A DNA stretch of 58,988 nt, taken from Octopus bimaculoides (lineage: Eukaryota). The position numbers were made by a program, and so were the translations under genes. Positions within the stretch are counted from its first letter, which is position 1. Each line of letters begins with the position of its first letter. Where the stretch lies: contig NC_068982.1 of NCBI RefSeq assembly GCF_001194135.2, forward strand, positions 11,997,522-12,056,509, in the 5' to 3' direction. The notes under the pieces are model-generated. The model made no database searches and had not been told where the DNA came from. It saw only the letters and a list, made by a program, of their open reading frames with translations. Of this stretch, positions 12,056 to 24,025 are shown piece after piece.

Positions 12056-14401
12056 CAGTAGTCTCCTGATATTTGTGGGGGTTACGTTCCTAGCGCACCC
12101 ATGCTATGGATAATGAAAAATTGCAAATATTAGACATGGTCCATAAAAATGCCTATAATGTCAAAATATAACATAAAATATTATATATATACATATATAT
12201 ATATAATATTTAATAATAATTTAATAAAAAATAAAGTAAAATGTATAGTTACTCATCAATAATGAATGATATTAAGACGACGATGATGAAAGTAATGAAG
12301 GTAATGACTGTACAGCAAAGATTTAAAACTCTTCAGGTGACACCTCTTCTTCAGGTGTTTTAGGAGATGTCATATCTTCTTGGGCTTGAGGAACAATGTG
12401 ATGAGAAGTTGCTGTCATTTGTTTCATGGTGGTGAGGAGAGTTTTATATGTCTGCATGGCAGCATCATTGGAGATGATGTTGGAGAGACTGAACCATGCT
12501 TCCGCCTTCCCTTGCAATTCCTTTGTTGTCCTTAAAAGGTCGGACAGATGTTCGATTCTCAGGCCCACCTCATCCTCCTCTCCTCTGGATCTGACGCTTC
12601 TTCTTCTTCGCTGGCAGACTTAGTTTAATTCTAACAAATCTTCATCTGACAGGGTTTCAGGGGAGCATCAATGAGATTGTTGACCTCATCTTGTGTGATG
12701 TCATCAAAACCTTCGCCTCCAAGTACCTTTGCCAGTTTCACTGCATTCTTGACAGCCTCGTGCTGAAAATGTTCAGATGTGAAGCCCTCATAGTCCTGGA
12801 CACACTCTGGCCACACCTTCTTCCAGCATGCAATGTGGGTTTCTTTTTTTCCTGTCTTTAAGAGCAGCGTGGATGACTGACAGGCCCATTGCGATCGTGA
12901 AGTTATGCCAGTAACTCCTTTAACTTGAAATTCTTGTCCGAATCCATTGTGTCCACAAGATGTTGGAGAGAGTTCTGAATGTAAAGTGCCTTGAAGGTAC
13001 AGATCACACCTTGATTCATAGGCTGGATGAGGGAGGTGGTGTTAGCAGGGAGGAACTCGACTTAGACTCCCTTGTGATTCAAATCCAAAAGATGACCACC
13101 AGCATTATCTATAGCAAGCAACACTTTGAATTCCATGCATACGGTCTGGAGATATTCCTTGGCTTGAGGGATGAAGCATTGGTGGAACCAATTCAAAGTT
13201 AGACTTTTGGTAATCCAGGTATTGGGGTTGTGCATCCAGTGGACAGGCAGCAGGTTTTTATTCTTATTTTTGAAAGCCCTCGGGTTTGGGAATTGTAGAT
13301 AAGTCCTGGTTTCATCATGAAGCCATCAGCATTACCGCACATAATTAGCATCACTCTGTCCTTCTGTGCCTTAAATGCTGGGACTCTGGCTTTGTCCTTC
13401 ATGATGTACATTCTGGAAGGCATCTTCTTCCAGGACAAGCCAATCTTGTCCATATTGAAAACCTGTTCCGGCTTGTATCCCTTGTCCTTGATGATCTGCC
13501 TGAAGGTCTCAAGGTGCTTCTTGGCGGCTTCTTTGTCAGCTGATGCTGTCTCTCCATGCAGGGAAACACACTTTATTTTAAACCATTTCTGGGAACAGTC
13601 AAACCATCCCTTGCTGGCATCAAAATCTTTGGGCTCCGGTGCTGTCAATTGTCTTGGTTGCAGTTCTGCGATGCCTTCACTTCCATCTCCTCTGTTGAAC
13701 TGCTGGTATAATTTCCACACTTTTTTGCAGATGATGTTATCACTCAAGGGAATGTTTTTCTTCTTGCAGTTACTGATCCACAATGTCAAGGTAGATTCCA
13801 TTCTGACCAAATGCTTATTTCTCACTGTTGTTTTGGCACTTTTGCAGAAACTTACTCCTACGGTAGACCCGATTGCTACCTCGTTCTTCTCTATGTAGCG
13901 TATAGTGCTTTCGTTGACATCATAACAGTGACTTACTGCAGCATATCTTTTACCTTCCCAGAGCATATCCAGCAATTGTACCTTCTTGTGGAACATCATA
14001 ACTTTTTTCTGGCACTTAGGTTCACTACCAGAAGTCTTAGAAGGTAGGGTGTTATCTTAGGGCTTTAATAACATGCTGCGAAAAACAACACTCAACAAAA
14101 CACTCGAGATAGCTACTGGATGCAGTTTTTCCCCTCAAAACTGTACAAAATCTTTCTTGCGTTTAATATGCACATACCACCAATGGGAGATTGAGCAGAG
14201 ACTAAAAATAATCATGGTATTGAAAAATTAGTTTGTATTACCACTAGATACAGTAATCAGTACTATAATAATAACAATAAGAGAGTGAGAGATTGCCACG
14301 AAAGAAGTCATAAAAAATTGTAGATGATATTTACAATTCCACGAATATGTGGTGGTTTCCACAAACAATTATTCATTCCACGAATAACTGGGGGTACACT
14401 G
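12056..14401 (-). mobile_element. Near full-length (2346 bp) Tigger/pogo DNA transposon, frameshifted
   Basis: TA-flanked TIRs CAGTAGTCTCC / CAGTGTACCCC (rc). The minus-strand transposase is continuous in pieces from ~14000 to ~12330. Confidence 0.92.
13199..13999 (-). pseudogene. Tigger transposase N-terminal 266-aa frame (CENP-B-type HTH, Tc5 HTH, start of DDE_1)
   Basis: VNESTIRYI, FDASKGWF, LHGETASAD, YKPEQVFNMDKIGLSWKKMPSR and LIMCGNADG motifs. Confidence 0.9.
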
Positions 14402-15339
14402 TAAATATATTTTAGTTAATTTCAATGGGGGAAAATTGATTTGTAAAACGAGTAAATTGTAAGACAAGCTCGGTCAGGGAACGAATTAAACTTGTACTAC
14501 GAGGTATCGCTGTATTTTAATTTTTTGTTGAAAATTAGAATAAAAAGAACAATGACAATGCCTCTTTTTGAGTCTTCTCAGACTGGTCAGAATAATGTGG
14601 TTGGTGTCCAGTAAGAATATCTTGCTGGAAAAACTTGCACAGAAGGAAGAGAACTAGAGAGTCTGGTCTAATGCTTGTATTAAAGTAACTTCTGGTAAAG
14701 ATATTAGAAGACCATGTGACAGTGTTAAACTAAACATCTACCACATAAAACATTTTCTGAGTTAGTAAGTTGCTAAGAGTATGTACATATGTAAACCAGA
14801 ATCAAAAACAAAAGATAAGGTGAGAAATTCCATTTTTTAGTACCCATGAACTGTGTCTCCTTTCCTTGTTTATGAGTTTCCATCTTTTACTTAATGGGGC
14901 ATCTCAAAATACTTCATACAGCCAGTTATATATGCCTTGCTCTCACGACTGGAAATGTACAACATCACTTGTACAAGAGGGGAGCTTGTTCACAGCCATC
15001 CCATGATATCAAGACAGGGGCAGGATAGCTAGAAACAAACACACACACACACACACGCATACGATATCAAGATGATTTTGCTTGTGTTAGTTTACGTTCC
15101 TGACAGAAGTGTGTTGTAGCTTTGCAGCTGAGGGAATTGTATTTGGCTACAAAAGTAACTGCAATTAGCAAATATCCAACGTAGTAGAATCTATTCCATT
15201 TATGGCAACTTGGAAAAACTGGGAAAACGTAAAATAATTATTTTTAAAAACTGTATTAATTTCCATTAAACTCAGCAATCAACTATTGACCCTTCATCTT
15301 CTTTCTGACAAATTAGTAAATATTGATTTCAGATTTTGG

Positions 15340-15530
15340 CAGAAGGACAGCAGATTTGGGGGAAGGAGTAAGTCGCTTACATTGACCCCAGCGTTCAAAT
15401 GGTGCATATTTCATCAACCCCCGAAAGAAAGAAAGGCAAAATCAACCTCAGCAGTATTCGAACTCAGAATGTAAAGACGGATGAAATATAGCTAAGCATT
15501 TTCCTGGCATGTTAATAATTCTTCCAGCTC
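15340..15530 (-). mobile_element. SINE family C
   Basis: Family C body and B-box on the minus strand. Confidence 0.7.
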
Positions 15531-15740
15531 TTTTACTCTTTTACTTGTTTCAGGCATTTGACTGCGGCCATGCTGGAGCACCGCCTTTAGTCGAGCAAAT
15601 CGACTCCAGGACTTATTCTTTGTAAGCCTAGTACTTATTCTATCAGTCCCTTTTGCCGAAATGCTAAGTTACGGAGACGTAAACACACCAGCATCGGTTG
15701 TCAAGCAATGTTGGGGGAGGGGACAAACACAGACAAACAA

Positions 15741-15773
<33 letters not shown>

Positions 15774-15945
15774 AATATATACGACGGGCTTCTTTCAGTT
15801 TCCGTCTACCAAATCCACTCACAAGGCTTTGGTCGGCCCGAGGCTATAGTAGAAGACACTTGCCCAAGGTGCCACACAGTGGGACTGAACCCGGAACCAT
15901 GTGGTTGGTAAGCAAGCTACTTACCACACAACCACTCCTGCGCCT
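15531..15945 (-). mobile_element. SINE family A, full length
   Basis: Highly similar to 7896-8292 and 34779-35172. Confidence 0.9.
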
Positions 15946-16149
15946 ATTGACAAATTAATAAATATGGTGCCCTACTTTTGTGATATTGATTTTTTACACA
16001 TGCATACAGGTCAAAATTTGGAGGAAAGAAAACAGTTGATTATATTGACACTTGTACTTGACTGATGCTTAATTTATCAACCCCAGGAGGATGAGAGGCA
16101 TAATTGATCTTGGAGGCACAAACAGCTTCTTCCCAGCTTGCTTGTTGTT

Positions 16150-16572
16150 AGCCCTGTGATCCTGGGTTCAGTCTCACTGTATGGCACCTGATTCAAGCAT
16201 CTACTATAACCATGGGCTGACCAAAGCCTTGTGAGTAGTGAATTTTGTGGATGAAAACTGAAATAAAACCATCACACACACACACACATTTCTGTGTGTG
16301 TGTATGAGAGCGTGCGTGTGTGTTGTTTTTGTATATATCCTGCCCTTGTTTTGATATCATGTGATGGCTGTAAACAAGCTTCCCTGTCAGACAAGTGGTG
16401 GTGTTCATTTCCAGCATTGCATAAAAATAAAAACATTGGGAAATGATACCTTGCTTTGAAACAGGTGAAGGTTAGTGACAGGAAGAACATCTAACCGTAA
16501 AAAATTTGCTTCAACAAATTCGGTCTGACAATATGCAACCACGAAAGAGTGGAGGTTCAATAACGATGATGT
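16150..16572 (+). mobile_element. SINE family A2
   Basis: A-type B-box/CORE-like head, microsatellite, and an RTE-like tail ending AACGATGATG. Confidence 0.7.
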
Positions 16573-16804
16573 GGGATTTGAACTCAGAATAAATAGAGCT
16601 TTCAGCATATAAAGAGATATAAGCAATGTGTCTGATTTTTTAAAAGATTTTTGCCAATACACCATTGGTGATATTAACTGAGTTTCTGTTATAACGACTA
16701 TAAGAAAGTAGTTAGTTTTGTAGGAAACAGATCTTAGCTCTTTCTTGTTTCTGTCATTAAACTGTGGCCATGCTGGGGCACTCACTTGAGTAGTGGTTTT
16801 GGTA

Positions 16805-16945
16805 GATGGAATCTACCAAATCTATTGGTCCAATCAATGAAACAACCTGCCTGTGAAATCAGTGTGTGAGTGCCTGAGCACTCTACTAACGCATATACCT
16901 TTAATGTAGTTCTCAAGGAGATTCAGCATGACAAGACATTTGAAC
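16805..16945 (-). mobile_element. SINE family B, 3' part
   Basis: Matches the 2627-3008 tail in reverse. Confidence 0.65.
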
Positions 16946-17230
16946 AAGGTCGTTGCCAGTGCCGCTGGACTGGCTCCTGTGCAGATGGCACGTAAAATAC
17001 ACCATTTTGAGCGTGGCCGTTGCCAGTACCGCCTGACTGGCCTTCATGCCGGTGGCACGTAAAAGCACCCACTACACTCTCAGAGTGGTTGGCGTTAGGA
17101 AGGGCATCCAGCTGTAGAAACTCTGCCAAATCAGAGTGGAGCCTGGTGTAGCCACCTGGCTCACCAGTCCTCAGTCAAATCGTCCAACCCATGCTAGCAT
17201 TGAAGGCGGACGTTAAACGATGATGATGAT
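16946..17230 (+). mobile_element. RTE LINE 3' end (family D)
   Basis: Repeat units, GGAAGGGCATCCAGCTGTAG, (GAT)n tail. Confidence 0.85.
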
Positions 17231-18082
17231 ACACACACATACACACGTGGTTATTTTAGTTTCCATGAAAATTTGTATTATTTGCTTTGTCTTGCACCTT
17301 GAATTACATTATTGAATACTTTATGCTTGAGGACTTCTTATTTATGAAGACCCCCATGTATTCAAGATATATAAAATAGAAGTCTCTTGCCTGTATGATC
17401 TGTAAATATCAAGTATTACAAAGATGTAAAAAGAAGAACTAACAAACATGATAAGCTGTTAACTTGCTGTTGTGTATTGCAATGAAAATATTTAATTTAT
17501 TAAGATGAATATATTTATTAATAACTTTTCATAATTAGTTTTACAAAACAAAATTAAAAGATGTTAATTATTTATATTAATTCTGCCAAATTCTTGTGCT
17601 TCAAAACATATCAATTAAATCAACAGACTATTGTTTATATGGCTGGTTCATTGTCTTTGTTGGTCATCTTCATTTTAACCTCCATGAAGACGAAGGTGGC
17701 GGTGGCAGTGGTGGTGACTCTCACCACCACCACCACCTTTGCCATAGTTTTAACATATTAATCATTGATTTATCATTTGTCTGACTCTAATATCTGGCAC
17801 TAATTCAATAGTTATTGTCTGCAGGCTCAGATTAAGAACTAAGTAAAGTATGAACACGTTTAGGGTAACAAAAAAAAAAGAGGGGGGGGGCATCTGACTG
17901 TCATTTTCCTTTGTCAGATTTGCCATGGCGTAAATGATGTAGTTGAACTGGGGACCCAGAATAAATTGGAAACAACATGCATACACTGACACAAACACAC
18001 ATAAATGCATACACACTCATACACAAAGTTATAAATTTATTAAGCATATGTTCACACATGTATGAATATATACATATATGGT

Positions 18083-18370
18083 GAAGGCATGTGGCTTAGT
18101 GGTCAGCGTATTTGGCTCACAATTGTAAGGTCGTGAGTTCAATTCCCAGCAACATGTTGTGTCCTTGATCAAGGTCACTCAACTGCCAGTCCATTCAAAG
18201 GGACGGCCTTGTCCCATTCTGTGTCATGCTGAATCTCCCTGAGAACTACATTAACGGTATGCATGTCTGTGAAGTACTCAGCCACTTGCATGTTAATTTC
18301 ATAAGCAAGCTGTTCCGTTGACCAGATCAACTGAAACCCACTTTGTCCTAACTGACGGAGTGCCAGATTT
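18083..18370 (+). mobile_element. SINE family B
   Basis: A-box TGGCTTAGTGG, B-box GAGTTCAATTCC and the shared tail. Confidence 0.8.
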
Positions 18371-18371
18371 A

Positions 18372-18405
<34 letters not shown>

Positions 18406-18589
18406 AAATTGAGAGACTGGAGCAGGTAAAATCCAGGTTACATTTGTTTCCTAGCTAGCAGATCCTCTGATGTAATAATTACTCAGTGAGGAGTACACAG
18501 CTAGCTAATCATCAGACCAAAGATACCTTAATTTTATGAGGGTTACTTTGTCATTAAGGAACCCCAAGTTAACTTACCAAAGATATGTA

Positions 18590-18800
18590 CATACCGCCAG
18601 ACTGGCCTTTGTGCCGGTGGCACATAAAAGCACCCACTACACTCTCGGAGTGGTTGGCGTTAGGAAGGGCATCCAGCTGTAGGAACTCTGCCAGATCAGA
18701 GTGGAGCCTGGTGCAGCCTTCTGGTTCGCCAGTCCTCAGTCAAATCGTCCAATCCATGCTAGCATGGAAAGCGGACATTAAACGATGATGATGATGATAT
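18590..18800 (+). mobile_element. RTE LINE 3' end (family D), short
   Basis: Terminal motif and (GAT)n tail. Confidence 0.85.
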
Positions 18801-19099
18801 AGAGATAGATAGATAGATAAAGAGAAAGAGAGAGAGAAAGATAAGGACCTGTGAGGGTAGAATGATGGGATATTTCCAATACAGCCCTAACCTCAAGCTT
18901 TAGGTTGTCTATACAACCAATTGAGTAAGATCAAAGTTTTTCAAGTGTAGAAAATCCAGGTGTCACAACAGTAAAACCATTGTTTGAGTTTAGTGAAGAG
19001 TAATATATAATCCAAATAAAAAGACAAAGAAAGATTTTATCACATCTCTAACAACCATTTGCAATTTTTTTTTTGTATCAACTCTGTTTTTAATACCAG

Positions 19100-19179
19100 T
19101 TCATGCAATAGAGCTAAGTCACAATGTACAGATTATTTACTGTTTTAAACATCAGAGTGGGACAACTTCAGACCTCAAA
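19100..19179 (+). CDS. Candidate 80-bp internal exon (HAIELSHNVQIIYCFKHQSGTTSDLK)
   Basis: T-rich tract + CAG acceptor, upstream CTAAC, one open frame and a GTAAAT donor. No homology recognised. Confidence 0.3.
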
Positions 19180-19654
19180 GTAAATTTAGGAAACTTAAGA
19201 AAGTAAACATAGATAATTTTAAAACCGTAGTTTAAATTCTAACAAGAAGGAAAGATGATAGCATCTTGTTACCATGATCAATATGAAAATGAAGAGTAGG
19301 TAAGAATTCCATTTGATGAACCCAGTATAATCTATGAATGCACAAATAATGCAATGAGATCATAGGCAGGATGACAGAGAAAGTGGTCTTTGTGGTAGAT
19401 GCACAAGAGTAGTTAGCTGTAGGAATACATTCAGAATATATGCAGAATAATTTCCTTAGAGTGTTCAGAAGGTTGATTAGGCATAGTTGATAGCTTTTAT
19501 TACCTCAGTGATTTAATTAACCATTGTGAAGTGGTGGTTGGAGACAAAGATGGCTATTGTAGAAGACACTCTTTCAAGGTACCACACGGCAGAACTACTT
19601 GAGAACTTCTTCATATTTATGAAGACCTATATATATATATATATATATATATAT

Positions 19655-19820
19655 NNNNNNNNNNNNNNNNNNNNNNNNNNNNNNNNNNNNNNNNNNNNNN
19701 NNNNNNNNNNNNNNNNNNNNNNNNNNNNNNNNNNNNNNNNNNNNNNNNNNNNNNNNNNNNNNNNNNNNNNNNNNNNNNNNNNNNNNNNNNNNNNNNNNNN
19801 NNNNNNNNNNNNNNNNNNNN
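19655..19820. other. Assembly gap (166 N)
   Basis: Run of N after a (TA)n tract. Confidence 1.
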
Positions 19821-20066
19821 CCCTTCCTAACGCCAACCACTCAGAGAGTGTAGTGGGTGCTTTTACGTGTCACCCGCACGAAAACGGCCACGCTCGAAAT
19901 GGTGTCTTTTATGTGCCACCGGCACAAGCCAGTCCAGGGGCACTGGCAACGATCTCGCTCGAAAATCCTACGGGAGCCAGTCAGGCGGTACTGGCAACGG
20001 CCACGCTCAAAATGGTGCATCTCATGTGCCACCCGCACAAGAACCAGTCCAGGGGCACTGGCAACG
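19821..20066 (-). mobile_element. RTE LINE 3' end (family D), cut by the gap
   Basis: Reverse complement closely matches ~21212-21492. Confidence 0.85.
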
Positions 20067-20399
20067 ATCTTACTTGGTATAACGCTCAGGAATTGAAAAA
20101 GTCTTTAACGTTTCGAGCTTATGCACTTCCACAGAAAAGAACACAGAAAGAAACAAGGAGAGAAAAAAAATGTGTGTAGTGGTTAGCAATCTATCATGGC
20201 GAATATATATATATATGGGTTACATAAAGTTAAAGTCTCTTGTATGTATAATCTGTAAATTTCAAGTGTTACAAAAAGATTGACTCACAAATATATGTAA
20301 AAATATATTCCATAATTTCCCAAATTAGAGAGAAAAGTTTACATTGATTTTGTAAGATGTTTTCAAACTAGTAAATGGACAGAGCAACTTGTAGAAAAG

Positions 20400-20900
20400 A
20401 TCTGGGTGTTCTGAAAGCAAAAGAGTCAGAGTAAGAACAAGGCGGAAAAAAGTTTAGGGAACCATCACTTCAACTGGCAACAGAGGTGGGGGGGGTTTCT
20501 CTCTAAGATTGAAGGTCAGATTATATGATGTTTGGGTAGAAACTGTTATTGCTGTATGGTAGTGAGGCCGAGGCCTTGAATGGTTGGGATGAAGTGAAGT
20601 ATGTTCAGCTGGAATGGTAGATCACAGTTGACTTAAGAAAAGCTAGATATAAGAGGAATCAAATCTAGAGAGCAAGTGAGAGATGACTACCCTAGTACTT
20701 GCATGTGATGCATATAAAAGACACCAGCTTTATAAAGAAATGCTGAACACTTGAAGTGAATAGAATCTGCAGAAGATAAAACCTAGAAAGTCAATGGATG
20801 AAGAGATGAAATCTGACCTCAAGATGTTGAACTTCACTAAAGAGATGATGTCAAAGAGGCAGGATGGTGATTATCACTAGCTGCAGCAAAAGACCTCTCT
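20400..20900 (+). pseudogene. Degenerate RTE reverse-transcriptase C-terminal fragment
   Basis: Pieces resembling RVRTRWKKFRE, LRLKVRLYDV and LLYGSEA, with many disablements. Confidence 0.6.
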
Positions 20901-21163
20901 ACAAGTGCAAGTATGGCAAAACTGTTGTTAAAATAACAGAGGATGGGTTGTATATCTGATTGGGTCTTGCCCAGTGTATATCTGCTAAATATCAATAATA
21001 TTGATAAGAGTCAGAACAAGGGTAAGAGTGAAATTATAAATGATAATGCGTATATGTACACAGAAAAATCAGTTAAAACACTTCTATTTTATGCAAAGCC
21101 CTAAATATGTACACACACACACACATATATATACATATATACACATATACACACATACATACA

Positions 21164-21628
21164 TGACCAAGACCTTTGGAAATGTGCTGTGCGTGAGAAG
21201 ACCCGGCAAGCCAAGTAAGATCGTTGCCAGTGCCCCTGGACTGGCTCTTGTGCGGGTGGCACATAAGATGCACCATTTTGAGCGTGGCCGTTGCCAGTAC
21301 CGCCTGACTGGCCTCCGTAGGATTTTCGAGCGAGACCGTTGCCAGTGCCCCTGGACTGGCTTGTGCGGGTGGCACATAAAAGACACCATTTCAAGCGTGG
21401 CCGTTGCCAGTATCGCCTGACTGGCCTTCGTGCAGGTGACACGTAAAAGCACCTACTACACTCTCTGAGTGGTTGGCGTTAGGAAGGGCATCCAGCTGTA
21501 GAAACTCTGCCAAATTTAGATTGGAGCCTGGTGTTGCCATCCGGTTTCACCAGTCCTCAGTCAAGTCGTCCAACCCACGCTAGCATGGAAAGCGGACGTT
21601 AAACGATGATGATGATGATGATGATGAT
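21164..21628 (+). mobile_element. RTE LINE 3' end (family D)
   Basis: DQDLWKCAVREKTRQAK* followed by repeat units and a (GAT)n tail. Confidence 0.88.
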
Positions 21629-22054
21629 CTCCTGCCTTATCTTATCATTAATCATCCTCCAACTTACTCACTGTACCTCACTGCCTGTGTAAAGAGACAA
21701 TGTATTTAACCTGTCTATATTCAATCTTTCTGCCATCATCATACATTACCATTATCACTTTGCTTCGCATCTGTCACCTTCTTCCCATCACAATGGCTCA
21801 TATTTGTCTATATTCAGTACCCACTATGGTTATCAAGTTTTCTCCCCAACTCCTAAATGATGTCTATTACTCTCACTAACAAACAATCACTCCATTCTAT
21901 CATGACACATCTTTATTGCTATCCCATGAGGTTGTTTTCTGTTCAACCTCTTACCAACACTAATACCAACAACTCCTATATAGCTGTCACTGGTATATAT
22001 TTACAACAAGAATATTAATAATATTAATGAAATATTACAATTAATATCACTGAA

Positions 22055-22228
22055 CCCTTTAACATTTAGATTTCTCTGTCAGATGTTTTGAATAAATACA
22101 TTAATTCATAGCTTGTTTAGTTTTAAAATGGCATTGTAGAGTAGGTGTGAGAGGTTGGATACCGTCAGTTTAAGCATAAACCAGGTAGAATATTTGGGCC
22201 AGATATGGTTGGTTTAAATGCTAAAGGC
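22055..22228. mobile_element. piggyBac-type MITE
   Basis: Termini CCCTTTAACATT / AATGCTAAAGGC flanked by TGAA/TTAA. Related copies at ~25232-25360 and ~39973-40140. Confidence 0.65.
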
Positions 22229-22734
22229 TTAAACTTTTGTTAAATTGGAATCTGACAACAGTCACAGGGTGGAGCAACCTCAGTGTGACAGTTACTAGAG
22301 TTAGTGGCAGCTGAGTGATCCACACTGCCAATTGTGATGGTCTGTGTCTTGATCTAACTATTGAGTGTTGTACGTAAACTACAGTTTACATTGCTTAGGA
22401 AAAGCAGTCATGAGTAAGTAACATTGATCATCATAAAACATCTGGAAAATTTGAAATATATTTGCATATTCATCGTTATTTTATGTATGTCATTTTGGTT
22501 GTTTACTTTGCTTTGGTTGCATATTCAACCAAAAAATGCTTCTATTTTAATGTGTTGTATGACCTGAAGTAAAATGTAAGTCCCTGAATTTCTCATTAAA
22601 TAATTTACTTTATATTAACAAAATGATGAGTTAGATATTTTAACTACATAAACATTATTAAGTAAAAAGGACACTGAAAAACCAATTAAAGCGACTCTGA
22701 AATTAACCTACACTTCTCAGCTGAAGCAATTTAA

Positions 22735-22870
22735 AATCCCAACAGAACAATCATGTGACAAGAGAGGCTGGATATTTTCACTGCTAAGCATTGAAGCAGA
22801 TTTGTTATGAGAAGTTGATCAAAGACTTCGTAATTAAAGAAAGCTGAACAAAACTTTTTGAAGTACAAAG
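22735..22870 (+). pseudogene. hAT dimerisation-domain C-terminal fossil
   Basis: SLLSIEADLL-type motif near a KLF* terminus. Confidence 0.4.
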
Positions 22871-22945
22871 TTATAAGCAGACAGCAATAAATATTATTTT
22901 GCATCTTTTGAGCCATGTATGCTGAAATGCTATATATATATACAT

Positions 22946-22977
<32 letters not shown>

Positions 22978-22987
22978 NNNNNNNNNN
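22978..22987. other. Assembly gap (10 N) in a microsatellite
   Basis: Run of N. Confidence 1.
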
Positions 22988-23095
22988 ATACATATATGTA
23001 TCTACATATATATATATATATATACAAATATATATATACATATTACATACATATACATATTACAAACATATATAGACACACATACACATATATAT

Positions 23096-24025
23096 AGGGT
23101 ATGATGGGTAAATTGTTGCTATTTTATATTTTTAATTTCATGCATGTGCATTGTTTGTTTTTGATTCTGTCAACTACACAGTAAGGGCATTGTCTGTGAA
23201 AAAAACAGCACCACTCTGCTAGAAATTTGGAAACGACATGCTGTACTGCTTGGCATTCGTGCCAGAAGCTCCAATACGAGCATTTCAGAGTGTTTGGGTG
23301 TCAATCTGGGGACATGTACCGAGAGTAATAAAGATCAAACATCCAGTCAACATCATAGTGTTTGGAGTGATCACTAGTGACAGTGACATTATGCCTCCNN
23401 NNNNNNNNTGGGGACATGTACCGAGAGTAATAAAGATCAAACATCCAGTCAACATCATAGTGTTTGGAGTGATCACTAGTGACAGTGACATTATGCCTCC
23501 ATTCACCTTCCCACATGGCCTCACACTCAACATAGAGACCTACATCAAGTGCCTGGAGGAGGTAGTGTTGCTCTGGGTGAAGAGGGTAGGTGCTGGAAGA
23601 CCCTATGACTACCAATAGGACTCTGCACCATGTCACACAAGCAGAAGAACCCGGTCATGGTTGTCAGACAATTTCTGCAACCAGATCGCCCCGAACATCT
23701 GGCCACCTAACTCCCCACACTGCAGCCCCGCTTTATTATGTGTGGAGCACAGTTGAGTGAGTGACCAACAAAACTGCTTGCAACACCAAAGATGAACTGA
23801 AGGCATTCACCAACTTAAACAAAGAGATCATCCAGAAGAGTTGCAGAAGACTCCAAAGACATGTGGAGACTGTGGTTGAAGCCAATGGCTATTTTATTGA
23901 ATAAATTTCCTCCTTGGAATTTCAAGATTTTTTTAATGTAATTTTGGTAAATATATCTATTAAAATGAGATGTTAATATTATTTTCGTTTTTACATAATT
24001 AGACAACAATTTATTCAGCGTGCGT
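23096..24025 (+). mobile_element. Internally deleted Tc1/mariner element, maT (DD37D)-like
   Basis: KHPVNIIVFGVITSDSDIMPP...Q*DSAPCHTS...WPPNSPHCSP...VEANG. Left TIR TAGGGTATGATGGGTAAATTGTTG with a degenerate right copy at ~24000-24025. Confidence 0.82.
23307..23500. other. 92-bp exact duplication around a 10-N gap (assembly overlap)
   Basis: 23307-23398 is identical to 23409-23500; N at 23399-23408. Confidence 0.9.

Larger units (their letters stand above)
11790..14512. mobile_element. Non-autonomous Tigger/pogo-type MITE, interrupted by a larger Tigger
   Basis: Degenerate TIRs CAGTAGAACCACACAGTACGAG / CAGCGATACCTCGTAGTACAAG (rc) with TA on both sides. Internal sequence rejoins across 12056-14401. 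Confidence 0.7.

Noticed and set aside
13317-13898. 193-aa + strand ORF
   Set aside because: It is the antisense shadow of the Tigger transposase frame.
21040-23104. Many 60-130-aa ORFs rich in HT, YI and CV (also 25922-26687, 28409-28669, 32119-32408, 56082-56864)
   Set aside because: They are translations of microsatellites, SINE or RTE repeats, or N gaps.
23307-23500. 92-bp tandem duplication in the maT transposase
   Set aside because: It is an exact duplicate on both sides of a 10-N gap, typical of unmerged contig overlap.
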